From assembly GCA_965112155.1 (NCBI GenBank), contig OZ218098.1: DNA of 64,000 nt, one strand, 5' to 3'. The notes under the pieces are model-generated. The model searched no databases, was not told the DNA's origin, and saw only the letters and a program-made list of their open reading frames with translations. Positions within the stretch are counted from its first letter, which is position 1; each line of letters opens with the position of its first letter. Origin of the DNA: Podarcis liolepis (lineage: Eukaryota). This document shows, one piece after another, positions 36,381-49,780 of this stretch. The position numbers and the translations under genes are program-made.

Positions 36381-38520
36381 TAGGGCTGCCTCATTACCTA
36401 GATTTCAAAGGCAGAATTGATGTGGGGGGGGGGGCAGTTATGAAAGGCAGAGCTTTGTCCTGGATCTTAGGCAAGTCAAGCACTTTTGGGGGGCATTTTT
36501 GTAAAAAAAAAGTTCAGCAACTTTATTTGTATATGTGATGGTGATGGTGTTTAGTATTACTAGCTGTGTGGTTTCTCTAGGTGCTTAAAGCTCTACATCC
36601 ATGTCATCTGCCAGTTCTGTGCACATCTCTTTTATTGAGCTAAAGGTCTTCTCACTAAGTTCCCTTACATCTAATTTCACAAACTGCAGAGCTTGGGTGA
36701 CTGGCTCTAGCATTTAAGAATTTTTGCTTAAGATCACAAGACAAACAATAAAAGCTGATGTGCAAGAGGTGCACAACAACTGGCACAAAAGCTATCTTAT
36801 CTTGGTGTTGCTTGAGTTGTGATATAGTACTTGTGTCATTTCAATTGGGGTTTAGGCCTGGGTTAGGCATAGAAACGGCTTTGGGTACCCTTTATGATGA
36901 CGTGTGTCAGAGGAAAACAGGGGAAATGTGTCCCTGTTATTTCTCCTCTCACGGGCTTTCAATACCATCAGCCATAGTATTCTTCTGGAGCAGCTGTCCA
37001 AGTTAGCAATAGTTGGCACCGCTTTGTGGTAGTTCCAGTCCTACTTGGATGAACATTTCCATAGGATGATGCTTGAGGAGTGTTCTTTGGTCCTGGGGAG
37101 ACTTCAATGTGGGATTCCTCAGGGTTCGATTTTATCCCCTATGCTGTTTAACATCTGCATGAAACCACTGAGTGGGGTTATTCAGAGTTTCTGAGTACAT
37201 TGCTAGCAATCTATATGCTCTACTTGTCATTTACATCTGCAGGTGTGGCAGTGGATGTGCTGGACCATTGTCTTGCAACAATAATGGGATGAAAATCAAC
37301 AAACTGAAACTCAACCCAGATAAGACTGAGGCAGTGTTTGTGGGCGGTTCCCTAAACCGGATGGAAGGAAGGTTGCCTGCTCTTAATGGGATTACACTCC
37401 CTCTGAAGGAACAGGTACATAGCTTGGGAGTACTTGTGGATCCTTTGCTGTTGCTTGAGGCTCAGGTGGCCTCAGTGGTGCGGAGTGCCTTCTCTGAGCT
37501 TTGGCTAGTGGTCCAGTTGTGCCCCTATCTGGACAGGGATATCCCAACTACTGTTGTCTATGCTCGGATAAGCTCTAGATTAGATTAGTGCAACATGCTA
37601 TATGTAGGGCTGTAAGACGGTTCAAACATATTACACTGATCCTGGTCTGACTGCACTGAATGCCAATTAGTTTCTGATTAGTTTCAGCTGGCGCCTTTAT
37701 TATGCACCTTTAAGCACCAGGCAAAAACATTCCTTTTCAATCAGGTATCCTATATCCTTTCAAATGTGTTTGTGGGAGGGAGGGAGGTGGAGGGGGCTAT
37801 TGCTTTGTTTTGTATTATGTATTTTGTGTTTTTATCTTTAAATGGCCTTGAGATCAAAGGATGAAAGACAAATTTGATAAATAATAATTATTATAACTTT
37901 CTGTAGGGGTCCAGCATTGTGTTTTCACACATCTGATGGAGGAGTTGCTTTGGATATGTAGTTTGCCATATTCAGCTTTTCCTGTTGTTCAGGTTGGACA
38001 GCTTCCTCAGTATTTTCAGTTGGGATGTTCTCGTGCCCTGGCCCTGTCTATTGCTGGATATTTTCTGCCTCTTTTAAAGCAGACACATTTGGTGCTACTT
38101 GCATGATTGCTGAAGAACTCATGTCTTCAGTATGCGTCTGGAGCTCACTAGCGGTCTTCTGCTTTTTGAACTAGTTGCAGATATCCATAGCTAAAGAAAC
38201 AAAAGCTCCTCTTCTTTGCTTTCTCTCTAGCAACCTTATATAGAAAGCCCTTCTGCCTTTCGACCTTCAAGCAATCAAAACAGTAGCACTAAGTCTCTGT
38301 TTCCAAATGAAATTATTTTTGCTACCCGTTTCCTGAGAACCACAACTCCTTCGTTCATATTATCTTTGCATTTTGGGGGTTTCCAAATTTTTAGAATCAG
38401 AATCAGAATTTGATTTCAAATCTTGTAACATTTCCAGAAGCAGCTTTCGTCTGAGCTGCCCCCAGGCCCAGGATGTTTTTCCTCTAGAAAAGTTCAGAGA
38501 GTCAAAGTCTGGCAGCCACT
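36381..38520 (-). pseudogene. Fossil hAT transposon with internally deleted transposase, interrupted by L2
   Basis: MDICN*FKKQK...GPLQ at 38188-37893 and FIVCLVILSK..MLEPVTQALQ..LDV..ELADDMDVEL*APR at ~36830-36560; possible TIRs TAGGGCTGCC / GGCAGCC. Confidence 0.6.
36838..37890 (+). mobile_element. Older L2 LINE fragment with RT remnant
   Basis: GFRPGLGIETAL, GIPQGSILSP, NKLKLNPDKTEA and SRLD motifs, plus AAT tail. Confidence 0.8.
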
Positions 38521-40133
38521 CTCAATAGGACCAGTGACAGAGATCACTCTAAATCTCTTGCTGACTAGCTGGCGTATGTGTGTGTGTCTGTGTATATCAA
38601 AAGAAATAAATGCATATAATATTTGGGAGTGGGGGTTGTTTCAGATGCAAGGGGAAATACCTCTACACAAAAGGGCCTCATAGAACCTCCATTCTCCATG
38701 GTCATTTTCACCTCCCACTGGACCATTTATTCATGGGGTCCCTACCCATCCATTTCTTTTATTTCACTGCGTATAGAAATGGTTGCATTGTTACGAGTAA
38801 GTATTTGGCAACTAGCATTAACAGTTAATTATTCTCTATGATAGTTTAAAAAATCAAATACATAAATAAGCAATTTTAGAAGGTAGTTCCTACCAGCTCA
38901 CTGCCAGATCATGGACTTTCAAGGTGTTGCTCAACCTATATATTCCAGACTTTAGATTGCGCAAACATTCTTTTGCACGAACAAGGTAGGGATTCACTTG
39001 AATATCTTCAGGAAACTCTGAATCCTAGAACAAATACACAAAAAAGCAAGCATATAAGTGCTTATATAGGTTCTGAACAATATTTGTATTTACAATTCAA
39101 CCAGAGATGGTAAACACAACAAGCTGGAACCAATGCTTTTTTCTTACATAATGAGATTCACGTAAGTAAGAAATACATGTGGAGTCAATTTCATTGAACA
39201 GTGTGGTCAAATATTTTCTAAAGATAAGTCAGCAGGCTAGAAAATTTACTATTAACTCTAATTAACCAGGCTAAATAGGCTTTATTAAAAATTGATTGTA
39301 ATTTAACAATGTCAGGAGAGAATTTGACCTTATATAGTATACCTTAAGCAATAAAAAGAGAGGATTAGAGGGTTTCGAAACTCAATAATGTTTGCAAAAT
39401 TCATCACTCTACATTGTTAAATAGTGATATCATTTAAAAAAGATAAAGAACATACAAGTTCCTCTCAAACTACTATCATTCCTGGAGATTAAAAATACCA
39501 AAAAATAAAAAAAATATCAGTATCTGAATCTCCATGCATAACAAAGATGCTCATTTGTAGCCATTTCATTCTGAAACCCTTCTGGTAGTTGTTCAATTTT
39601 ATGATTAAACACAAGGAATACACCTAAAGCAATCAGATTCTACAACTGCAAAATATGAGGAATATATAACTTAAAGCCTGAATTCATATTCTATGTCTTC
39701 AAAGGATCAGAAAGCGCAAAATAAAATTTCACAAAACTGAAAAAAAATGAAAGAGGATTATAACATTCTTGTTCCATTTCCTCATTCTGTCCCTGCTTTT
39801 TGCTTATACAACCGAACTATTTGGATATATGGTACAATTTTTGAAGTGCATGACTATAATGGTTATTTCACAAGTTAGCTGTAGCTTTTAAAAAAATGGA
39901 CATTGGTTTTACCATGCATTTCTGTTTGAAGGATGGACTGCAGGACATTTACTCAATAGGATGACTTCTCCCACTGGACTGGATAGGCAGGGTCTTTCTT
40001 TTGCCTCCTCTTCCAGATTACCTAATCATGGGACCATGGCCAATCAGGGGGAAGCCAAGAGGGTGATTCAACCTGGGCCTCAAACTCAAAGGGGACCTCA
40101 ACTTCAGACACTTCTTGATTTGGTCTGCAACTT

Positions 40134-40388
40134 GTGTGGTGTAGTGGTTAAGAGCAGTGGACTTGTAATCTGGTGAACCGGGTTCACATCTCTGCTCCTC
40201 CACCTGCAGCTGCTGGGTGACCTTGGGCCAGTCAGACTTCTCTGAAGTCTCTCAGCCCCACTCACCTCACAGAGTGTTTGTTGTGGGGGAGGAAGGGAAA
40301 GGAGATTGTTAGCCGCTTTGAGACTCCTTAAGGGGAGTGAAAGGTGGGATATCAAATCCAAACTCTCTTTCTTTCTTTCTTTCTTTTT
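40134..40388 (+). mobile_element. CORE-type tRNA SINE (Squam3-like) with (CTTT)n tail
   Basis: TGGTGTAGTGG A box, GGTTCACATC B-like box, GGGTGACCTTGGGC CORE motif, L2-like 3' end. Confidence 0.8.
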
Positions 40389-41092
40389 ATGCACATTGGA
40401 CAAAAATGTGACACACTCTCAGCTTTAAGCTTCAAATTTAAGAAAATAAGAAAAGTTATCTGGTAAAAGGCTTACTTTTTTGGTAACTGATATAGAGGTT
40501 ATCATATTAAAGAGCATAAAATGTCAATAAATATTCATTAAAATATATTGGCTCTGATGGTACAAGATGAGATGATGGGTGTGTCTTCTCAGATCAGCTG
40601 ATTATATTAACAAACCTCTCACATATGTGTGTGTGCATGCACCTTATTTTGTGTTCATATATTGACATTTTTAAATATTTTTTATTATAGCTACGGTCCT
40701 CAAAAGATGGAAGTGGCCTAGGCCTCTCTGGACCTCATAAAGTGCACCTTCCCTTGTTTGTGGTTATTCTTGAATCACTGAAGTGGAAATTCACTTAGAG
40801 GACTTGGATAACTTTTGCATCCCCAATGAAAAAGATAAACATGTACCCTAATGCTAGCTTTCACTCTCTGCCTCTGGCCTTAGGGGTTCCTGAATATCAA
40901 TAAAGTTCTCCTGTTACCATGACTGGACTCAAGTCTCCAGCTTTACAGTGTCTGCCCTTCCAATGTACGATATGTGAGAAAGAAAGCCACAGGATTTTCT
41001 GTTGCTCACTAAAAAATCTATATTACATCTACAATTATATTATTGTCCAGGAAGGAGGGGAAGGGGAAGACAGGCTGAATTCAAAGTACCCA

Positions 41093-41497
41093 TCAACAGA
41101 ATGATTTGAAAACATTTGGGGACTGTACTAAACATTTACTAAACATTTTAGCACATCTAGGGGGTGTATATAAAGGGCATCGTAACAAATAGTGTTGAAT
41201 GTCCTCCATGTCTCCAGACTCACAGATATAGAGACTTTGGTACACAGGGGTGCTATTGAATCTTCCCATTAGATATGGGGAGGGCATACACTGAATAGGC
41301 AAAGATGTAAATGCTTTTCTAAGTGGTCCCAATGTGAGATTAATAAAGTACTGCTCCAGCCCAAAAGATGCTTCATATAATGGATGAGTATGCCATCTGG
41401 GAAAGTGAATGAAGGTTCCTCCATTTAGAGTCCAAATAATTTTTTTCTTTGATGAGTTGTTTATCGCTGTTAAAGGCTCCAAAATTAACTGATTCAT
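41093..41497 (-). pseudogene. RTE-X-like ORF2 C-terminal fragment
   Basis: LRKAFT..MGRF..ICESGDMEDIQHYLLRCPLY C-terminal CCHC-type motif. Confidence 0.65.
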
Positions 41498-41540
41498 TCA
41501 ATGCCCAGAATTTGATTCTTTCTTTCTTTCATATCACTTA

Positions 41541-41754
41541 CAGTGGTACCTCGGGTTAAGAACTTAATTCATTCTGGAGGTCTGTTCTTAACCTGAAACT
41601 GTTCTTAACCTGAAGCACCACTTTAGCTAATGGGGCCTTCCGCTGCTGCCACACCGCCGCCATGCGATTTCTGAAACAAAGTTCTTAACCCAAGGTACTA
41701 TTTCTGGGTTAGCGGAGTCTGTAACCTGAAGCATCTGTAACCCGATGGATACCA
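41541..41754. mobile_element. Tigger-like MITE, same family as 9711-9938, opposite orientation
   Basis: TA-CAGTGGTACCTCGGG TIR; internal sequence is the reverse complement of 9711-9938. Confidence 0.85.
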
Positions 41755-42574
41755 AAATTATAATCTGCCTGTGTTAGCAGAGTCAATATATAATATGTCT
41801 TTAAAAACGAAAAGATAACAATGGATTCATACCAATAGGCAAGAAAATGCACCTTTGAAAAATGCAAATGCTGATTTGGGATTGAAACCTTTCCCATTTA
41901 AGTTAAGGCCAATGATAAATTTACAAGTACCTCTTTCACACTGAAAGGTAGAGACACAGGTTAATGAATCATTAAATTATCAATCATGCTGAGGTGCAGG
42001 TGAAGGCTCCGACCTTCTGAACAAGAAATGAGGTCTTCACTCTCACTTTTTATACTGCATCGCCCATGCTTGTGTAGAAAGAGAATATATGAAGTAATTT
42101 AAAATAATGTTCATTACCACTTGTGTGGTATCAAGTGGCATGTTTCTTTCTCCAGGTAGTTTGTTTTTCTCTCTCACACACACCCAGTATTTCAGCCATT
42201 TTTGTGAATGGGCACCCCACCCTCCCCATGGCAGCCATTTTATGACAGCTTCCAAGGCACTCTCTCAAGATTCTAAATGTGCTCATTACCTAATCTTCCA
42301 GATTGGGACACTTAGTGTTCATCTCAATGCTAAATTCTCTCCCTTGGAAGGAGGAGAGAGAGAGAGAAAGTGGAAGGTAAGCCAGAGAACAGCTCTGACC
42401 CAATGAAAACCAGCTCTGCTCTCAAGTTTCTTCCCTTTCATTGAATCACAGAATTGTATAGAGTTGGAAGGAGCCCTTAGGGTAATCTAGTTCAATCCCT
42501 TGCAGTGCAGGAATCTCAACTAAAGCATACATTTATATTCTTTTATAATACTGATGGTGATGATGATAATGTTA

Positions 42575-42937
42575 CAGTGGTGCCTCGCAAGACGAAATTA
42601 ATCCATTCCGCGAGTCTCTTCGTCTAGCGGTTTTTTTGTCTTGCGAAACAACCCTATTAGCGGCTTAGCGGTTTAGCGCTATTAGCGGTTTAGCAGCTAT
42701 TAAAGGCTTAGCGGCTATTAAAGGATTAGCGGATTAGCGGCTAAAAGGCTATTAGCGATTTAGCGGCTTAGAAAAAGGGGGGGAAGCAGGGAAAAATCGG
42801 AACACTTGCAAGACGTTTTCGTCTTGCAAAGCAAGCCCATAGGGAAAATCGTCTTGCGAAGCAGCTCAAAAACAGAAAACCCTTTCGTCTAGCGGGTTTT
42901 CCGTCTTGCGAGGCATTCGTCTTGCGGGGCACCACTG
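42575..42937. mobile_element. Tigger-like MITE containing an internal minisatellite
   Basis: TIR CAGTGGTGCCTCGCAAGACGAA / TTCGTCTTGCGGGGCACCACTG, TA TSD; TTAGCGG-based tandem array at ~42653-42770. Confidence 0.88.
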
Positions 42938-42963
42938 TACATTAGCTTCCTAATAAACCTCAC

Positions 42964-43265
42964 GCGACGGGGTGAGCTCCTGTTGCTCGGTCCCAGCTCC
43001 TGCCAACCTAGCAGTTCGAAAGTACGCCAAAAAAGTGCAAGCAGATAAATAGGTATCGCTCCAGCGGGAAGGTAAATGGCATTTCCATGCACTGCTCTGG
43101 TTTTGGTACTCTGTTGAGCCAGAAGTGGCTCAGTCATGCTGGCCACATGACCCGGAAAAACTGTCTATGGACAAACGCCGGCTCCCTCGGCCTGTAAAGC
43201 GAGATGAGCGCCGCAACCCCAGTCATCCGGGACTGGACTTAACTGTCAGGGGTCCTTTACCTTTT
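42964..43265 (+). mobile_element. Sauria SINE, 5'-truncated
   Basis: Body and ACCTTT tail; TSD TAAACCTCAC at 42954-42963 and 43266-43275. Confidence 0.9.
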
Positions 43266-44923
43266 TAAACCTCACACACAAATGTGTGGTGATTTGTGGG
43301 TGTGCATTTTTCTGGTTGCAAATTTTTGTGCTCATCCAAAAGTATGAGCATAAGCCAAAATAGCTGAAGACCTCTGGTTTAGGATCTGAATGGCATGCTA
43401 AACAGTAGATAATCTAAAATGGAAGTGGAAGCTTCCAATCTCCTTGTGGCCACATCAGAGGAAGAATGGGAAGGGGATGAGCATACAAATCGGGGGCTTA
43501 CTGTGGTTCATGCTCAATATGAATGCAGCCATAGAGCTGAAAACATCTTCAACATGCAGAAAGTGTGTTTGATTGTTAGAAGTGCTATCCTCTAAGCCTT
43601 ATTCTTCATTTTCAACTTGGGTCAATATAAAGCACGTAGATGATACTTCAATATTATGTGTTGCCATTGTAAAAAAAGGGTAGTTGTGAAAGGAAGCCCC
43701 ATGGAAATACTTTTGAATACCAAAAAAAAAAAAAAACTCATTTAAAAGGTTCTACAATACTTCTTGCAGACACTTTGTAGTGCAATGTGATTTAACCATG
43801 AGTGCAATTATTTTATAAACATCTGAAATATCAGGGGAAAGTTGAAAATCACTGCAGAAAAAAGAGCACAGTAAAAAATTTATTATATACTACACCTTGC
43901 TTAGCTTGCTAATAAAACTCATAAAAATCATCCACAAAGGCTGTGGCTACATAAATCCACCTTATTCAACTTTATAACCCTGACAGATTTTCTTTTCTTT
44001 CTTTTTTAATAAACATAAAGATAATATGCAGTAGATAGTAAAAGTTAGATTAATTAAAAAAGCCATTGTAAAACTGCAGTAACTTCATAGACAGTGACAA
44101 CTGTGCTCATCCAACTGTTCATACAAAGCTTGAGTAATAATGCCAACAGTAAAATGAAAACTGAAACGGCTCCTGACACAGTCCCAGTTTTAAAGGTCTG
44201 TTAAAGCAAGTGAAACTTTCTTCAGCGGCTGCTTATTCTGCAGAGATGAAATGAGAAGCAAAATGTGCTGCAGCTACAGCTGTTTCTTTTCTGCTTGACA
44301 TAATCTCCCAATCTGAAGCCACATGAACAATGCCAGGAAACATCTCACAAGACATCATACTCTAAAAAGTATGTCAAATAAATTCTGATGACCTTTCCAA
44401 ATGGTGATTTTCTATTATTATAGCAGTTTGAATATTTTTATGACACAACAGACACAGGAAATTGAGGAATAAGATCAGATGTACCAACGTTTTGTAAGAA
44501 ATCTTATATGCATAAGGCTAATTTACAATACTCTTTAGATTATTAGAATCATTATTGTTTATTGGTATGTCATTACATGCCTAGTTACCTATGCATAAGT
44601 CGCATTTGAATCAATGAGATTAGTCTTAAAGATGAAAGGATTGCACCCCCTTTCCTACGTCTGAAATAAGTAGGAGCCCCTATGCACAGATGAAGCTTCA
44701 AAAAGTGTCGTCGTATTCACTATGGTGTCAGGAACACCATCAGTTGAGAAGCCCACTCCTGCAGAGCTCTGAATTATGGTAGTAGCTTAATACTAGGTGT
44801 CTCTTGGCTCAGTAAGTAAAAGTAAACGCCAAAGCAGCTGGCAATTTCTGCTGCCCATGTGCTGGTAACCTCCATTACTGCAATGTGCTCTATGTGAGGC
44901 TGCTCTTGAGCTTCACTTGGAAG

Positions 44924-45181
44924 TAGTGGCGGAGATTCTTGCTCCAGCACTGGGGGCGGAAAGCAGGCGGGAGCGTGGCGGGTGTGCATCCCAGGGGCGT
45001 GGCGCATGTCCCGGGGGTGTAGTGCGCCGCCCGCAGGAGCATGGTGCACCTCCTGGGGGTGTGGCGTGCTGTCTGTGGGGGCGTGGCGCCCAGCGTAGGG
45101 GGGCAGCCGCAATGGCACCCCACCGGGATCGTGGTGCCGGGGGTGATGTGCTCCCCCTGCCCCCCTCTTCCTCCGCCAGTG
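44924..45181. mobile_element. GC-rich hAT MITE
   Basis: TIR TAGTGGCGGAG / CTCCGCCAGTG; 8-bp TSD CTTGGAAG / CTTGGGAG. Confidence 0.8.
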
Positions 45182-47733
45182 CTTGGGAGCTGCAGCTAGT
45201 TCAGAATGTAGGAGATTGACTGCTTGTTGGTACAGAACATCCCCCTCACAGAATGTTGCTGTTATAAGAATTGCACTGACTGCCAAGTAGCTAAAAGGCT
45301 ATGTTCAAGGAGATGGTACAGATGTACAGAAGTCCTATGCATCTTGGGACCAGAATACCTGAAATATTGCTGTATCCCAATCAATCACTGCACTCTACAG
45401 GAGAGGACATCCTGCAGATACTATCTTATCCGGAGATCCATTCCACATGTTGTAACGATCAGGACTTTACCCCTTTGAACTCAATTTCATTGCATTTCAG
45501 GCCCTTTTACTGTCTTTTTGACACCTGTTGAAGACTTTCCTATTTCAGCAAAACTTCTAAGTGGACATCTATTTACCCCAGTTGCTATCAGTAGTAGATT
45601 TGAAATTATTTTTATATATGTAATTGTTTTATGTAGGTGATATTCAACTATATTTTACTCCTAATAGACCCAAAATACCTTACTTCGCCGTGTTTATTAA
45701 TTTCAGTGGGTCTGCTCTGAATAAAACTAAGTTGAAAACTACCAGTGTGTTTTCTTGTATTGTGAAATTGCTTTCAGATGCCTCGTTATTATATAGATAT
45801 TTAATAATTATCTAGAATGGCCTGCTACATGTTGAACGCTTGACGTGGTAGTGGAGTAGATTTTTTACAATGCCAGATTTTATTATGACTGATATGGTTC
45901 CATCTATATGAAGGTACTACACTTTAATAGACCTATTGACACCCACAGTTTTCCTTTCAATCCATACAAATGCCATATGCTGCATTTGGTGGAGTCTTGA
46001 GGTCAGATCCAACAAAGATCTTGTGCTAGTGGAAACCAGTGAAATGAGTCCCACTAGCTCAACAGGATTCCCCACCCCTTTGCCTGTGTGTTCCTACTCC
46101 CTCACCAAATCTGCTTTGGAGGGTCAGGGTATACCTCCAGAACATAACACAGGGGGAGAAAATGAGATAGGTGACAGAATAATTTGCTTATTATCACTAC
46201 TTTGAATTGGGAGGAACATTTTTTTAAGAAAGAAAAACCAGTCAAAGCCTTCCCTGCAACTATAGAAGGCTTCCAATGGATTGAGAGGTTTGGGTTTTCT
46301 TTTACATAAAGCTGTCCAGAAGGGGAAGAAGTTTTAAATATTTTCCCCTCAACTATATTTCATAGGTGAGACTATTTATAAAAGGGCAGCCAAAAAATCA
46401 ATCTGTAGCAGCTAACATTTTTTCCTATATTAGTACAGCCAGTATTCTATGGGTGCAGCCTGCATGAAAACAAGCAGAGGGACAGAACAGCAGTCATCCC
46501 TTGATCAGTCCCCCCCCCCCCACACACACACAGCAGGCTGATCACATCCCTGAGGAAGAAGAGAAAGCCTCTTAAGTGAGCAAGCAATCTGGGGGTGCAC
46601 TCTGGGCCAGGCAGCACTGATGTCTGATTCTCGCAGCAGAAAGCAGCATGCGCAATTGGCCAACTGTAAAGGTTTAGTGAACCAAGGTTGATGAGTCCAC
46701 AAATGAGTGACAAGTATACTGCTGGAAATCTTGTGTGACATGCCTGGACTGACTGAATATACGGGGTATCATCAGCTGAAGCAGATGTATCCAGAACGGT
46801 GTCTGGCAGATAACAAAGGCTGGCATGCAGTCAAGTAAATGCCGTTCTGCCCAAATGGCAAGGTAAGAGGAACAATGACATCTACACAATTGCAGGAAAG
46901 GCATACATGGCAAGAAAAAAAAGGCCAAGATTGTTCCACTGAATTGATGTTACGGAATGGAAACGCGGCATAATTTGTTGACATTAATAAACAGCTGAAG
47001 TGAGCACAGTTAAGGTGACATATGAAACCCTTCAGGGGGGCTTGTCTTGGTACTGTGTACAAAGAGGCAGTCATATATAAATGAAAAGGCAAAAATACCT
47101 AGTTATGGCCATTACATGGCCACCACTAGCATACATCTGGTAAACATGTGAGGTGCTGGGGTGAATCTAAATCACAGTAGCCAGTATCAGAAGCAGGCAG
47201 CACCAACTGCAAAGCTCAGAAATGTTCTGTACTGAGGTTGAACAGAAACATGGGAATAAGCATCGTTTAGCTTCACAAACATGGCAAAGAACGCATATAT
47301 GGCACAACTGAAATGTATATACAAAGAGGAGGATGTTAGTCAAATAAATTATCCTGAACACTTTGGTTCTTAGATAGTAATTGCCACCTCCAAGGTGTAA
47401 AATTGAGCAGATGTTGCCATCCTTCTTCAGCATTACGAACAGAAGTACTAGCTGAAATGCCATGAGGAGGCAAGGCTAAAATTTCAGTAAGAGGGCAGCA
47501 GTGAAGGCTGCTGGAACCTAGACCTGGTCAGGTGCCTAGGAGGTCACACAGGGGGCACATAAGTCCCTATCCTCCTCCTTTGTGAGTAATTTTGTTGTGA
47601 TGCAATTTCAATCACTCCATGACTTGTTTCCCTGTCAATATTAGGCAGGCACCTTTGCTGTATTACTTAGACTGCCTAAACACGTTCTATTTGACCAATC
47701 TTACTCAGACATGTAATTCTGGCATGTACTTTA

Positions 47734-47734
<1 letters not shown>

Positions 47735-47771
<37 letters not shown>
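47735..47771. repeat. (TG)n microsatellite
   Basis: Direct reading. Confidence 0.95.
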
Positions 47772-47773
<2 letters not shown>

Positions 47774-47886
47774 ACCCACCCACCATGGATTTTACTTATA
47801 TTTTATAGTCCACTTATTTTTAACATCTAATTTTATTGGTATTTTTAATGTTTATTTTAAACTGTGATTAAGCAGTACGTAACTTA

Positions 47887-48407
47887 CAAAGCAATGACAA
47901 ACCTAGACAGCATCTTAAAAAGCAGAGACATCACCTTACTAACAAAGGCCTGTATAGTCAAAGCTATGGTTTTCCCAGTAGTGATGTATGGAAGTGAGAG
48001 CTGGACCATAAAGAAGGCTGATCGCCGAAGAATTGATGCTTTTGGTTTATGGTTCTGGAGGAGACTCTTGAGAGTCCCATGGACTGCAAGAAGATCAAAC
48101 GCATCCATTCTGAAGGAAATCAGCCCTGAGTGCTCACTGGAAGGACAGATCCTGAAGCTGAGGCTCCAATACTTTGGCCACCTCATGAGAAGAGAAGACT
48201 CCCTGGAAAAGACCCTGATGCTGGGAAAGATGGAGGGCACAAGGAGAAGGGGACGACAGAGGACGAGATGGTTGGACAGTGTTCTCAAAGCTACCAAGCT
48301 TGAGTTTGACCAAATTGCAGGAGGCAGTGGAAGACAGGAGCACCTGGCATGCTCTAGTCCAGGGGGTCACAAAGAGTCAGACACGACTAAACAACTAAAC
48401 AACAACA
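47887..48407 (+). mobile_element. BovB (RTE) LINE 3' fragment
   Basis: MTNLDSILKSRDITL..ESWTIKKA..LQYFGHLMRR..RRRGRQRTRWLD; (CAA)n tail; TSD AACTTA at 47881-47886 and 48408-48413. Confidence 0.93.
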
Positions 48408-49705
48408 AACTTATGTTAAATAAATGAAATTCTACTTTTCTGAGACTGTAGTTCCTCATGCCACATCATACACCACTTGAGAGTACCTTAACTCTCCCAA
48501 GAGACTTTTTGGAGTATATGAGGAACTATACTGAGTGTGTGTGTAAAGAATTGGTAGCATTCCTTATGCATGAGTAGAGAAGCTACTATTGACATTGGTG
48601 GGGTTTAGCTTCCAACTTATATTTATTTTAAAAACTAAATATATTTCATAAGAAAATGTAAGCAAGCACTAGATTGTTTAGTGTGTGTTCATCACGCACA
48701 CACACACAGTTATTTTTCCAGTGGGCTCACACACTATGTACTAAAATGAAATTTTAACTGTACCACTTCTTAAAGTCTTTTCAAAACCTTCCTATTTATT
48801 CTTGCAACAGAAATATAAATGAGTCTTTAAAAGGGTTCTTGAGACAGATGAAACTTAGTAACACTAAGTGTGAGTTTCTATGTTCATCCTAATGATCTCA
48901 ATAAAATTATAAGAAGTATTTGTTTATTAGTACCAAAATAAACTGGTAAACACATTTATAAACAATTAATGATTTGCTGGCAATTGTATCAGAGATATCT
49001 CCCAGGCTACTAGTTTTTGTATAAGAGTGGCCTGATAAGACACAAATATCAACAAAATACAGCTAAAAAACTGTTAGGAAGTAGGAACAGACAAGCAACA
49101 TTGTCCTCACATAGCCAGCAGTCTGAATCCCAACCAGTATTGGAGGTAGGTGAAGGAATTACCCTAGTAACAATTCAGTGAGACAATTAACAGCAGTTGG
49201 TTTGGAAAATGCAATTGGCTATTGCAGGATTGAGAGCTGAGGCTGATTGGCTCCCAGAAATATTTTTAAAAAGAAAGGAAACCACACTCCATGGGACCCT
49301 GCGTCAATAATGATCCCCATCCTGTTTGTCATTCTGAGTTCTTGTTTATATCCAAACACATCTGCAGTAATGACTGGTTTCATTTTAAACTTCCTTCCCA
49401 GTTGAACACTGAGCTGCATGTCTGGCCCCATACCAGAGAGTCTCAAAGGTATTCTTGGGACAACTACATTTCAATAGCCTTCAAAAACCTGCAAAGCCGC
49501 TAGCTGAGGTGTGTATAAGGACACTATTTCCTTGAGCCTCTTTCTGGGGTGCCAAACAAAAAATGCTGGGCAATTCTAAAACTTATTTCTTGCAGAAATA
49601 CAAGGATCCTGTAAGGGGTGAAAATTAGTTGAGTGGGGAGGGTGGTGGAAAACTCCTGTAGGAAAATCAGATTTAAAAAAACAGCTGCTGTAGCTACCGT
49701 AAGTT

Positions 49706-49780
49706 TGTTTCCTGCTTGGCAGGGGATTGGACTCGATGGCCCTTGTGGTCTCTTCCAACTCTATGATTCTATGATTCTAT
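49706..49780 (+). mobile_element. CR1 extreme 3' end (75 bp)
   Basis: Matches the tail of the 4368-7150 copy, including ATTCTATG repeats. Confidence 0.85.

Noticed and set aside
44774-45286. 170-aa His/Pro-rich ORF
   Set aside because: Artefact of the GC-rich hAT MITE at 44924-45181.
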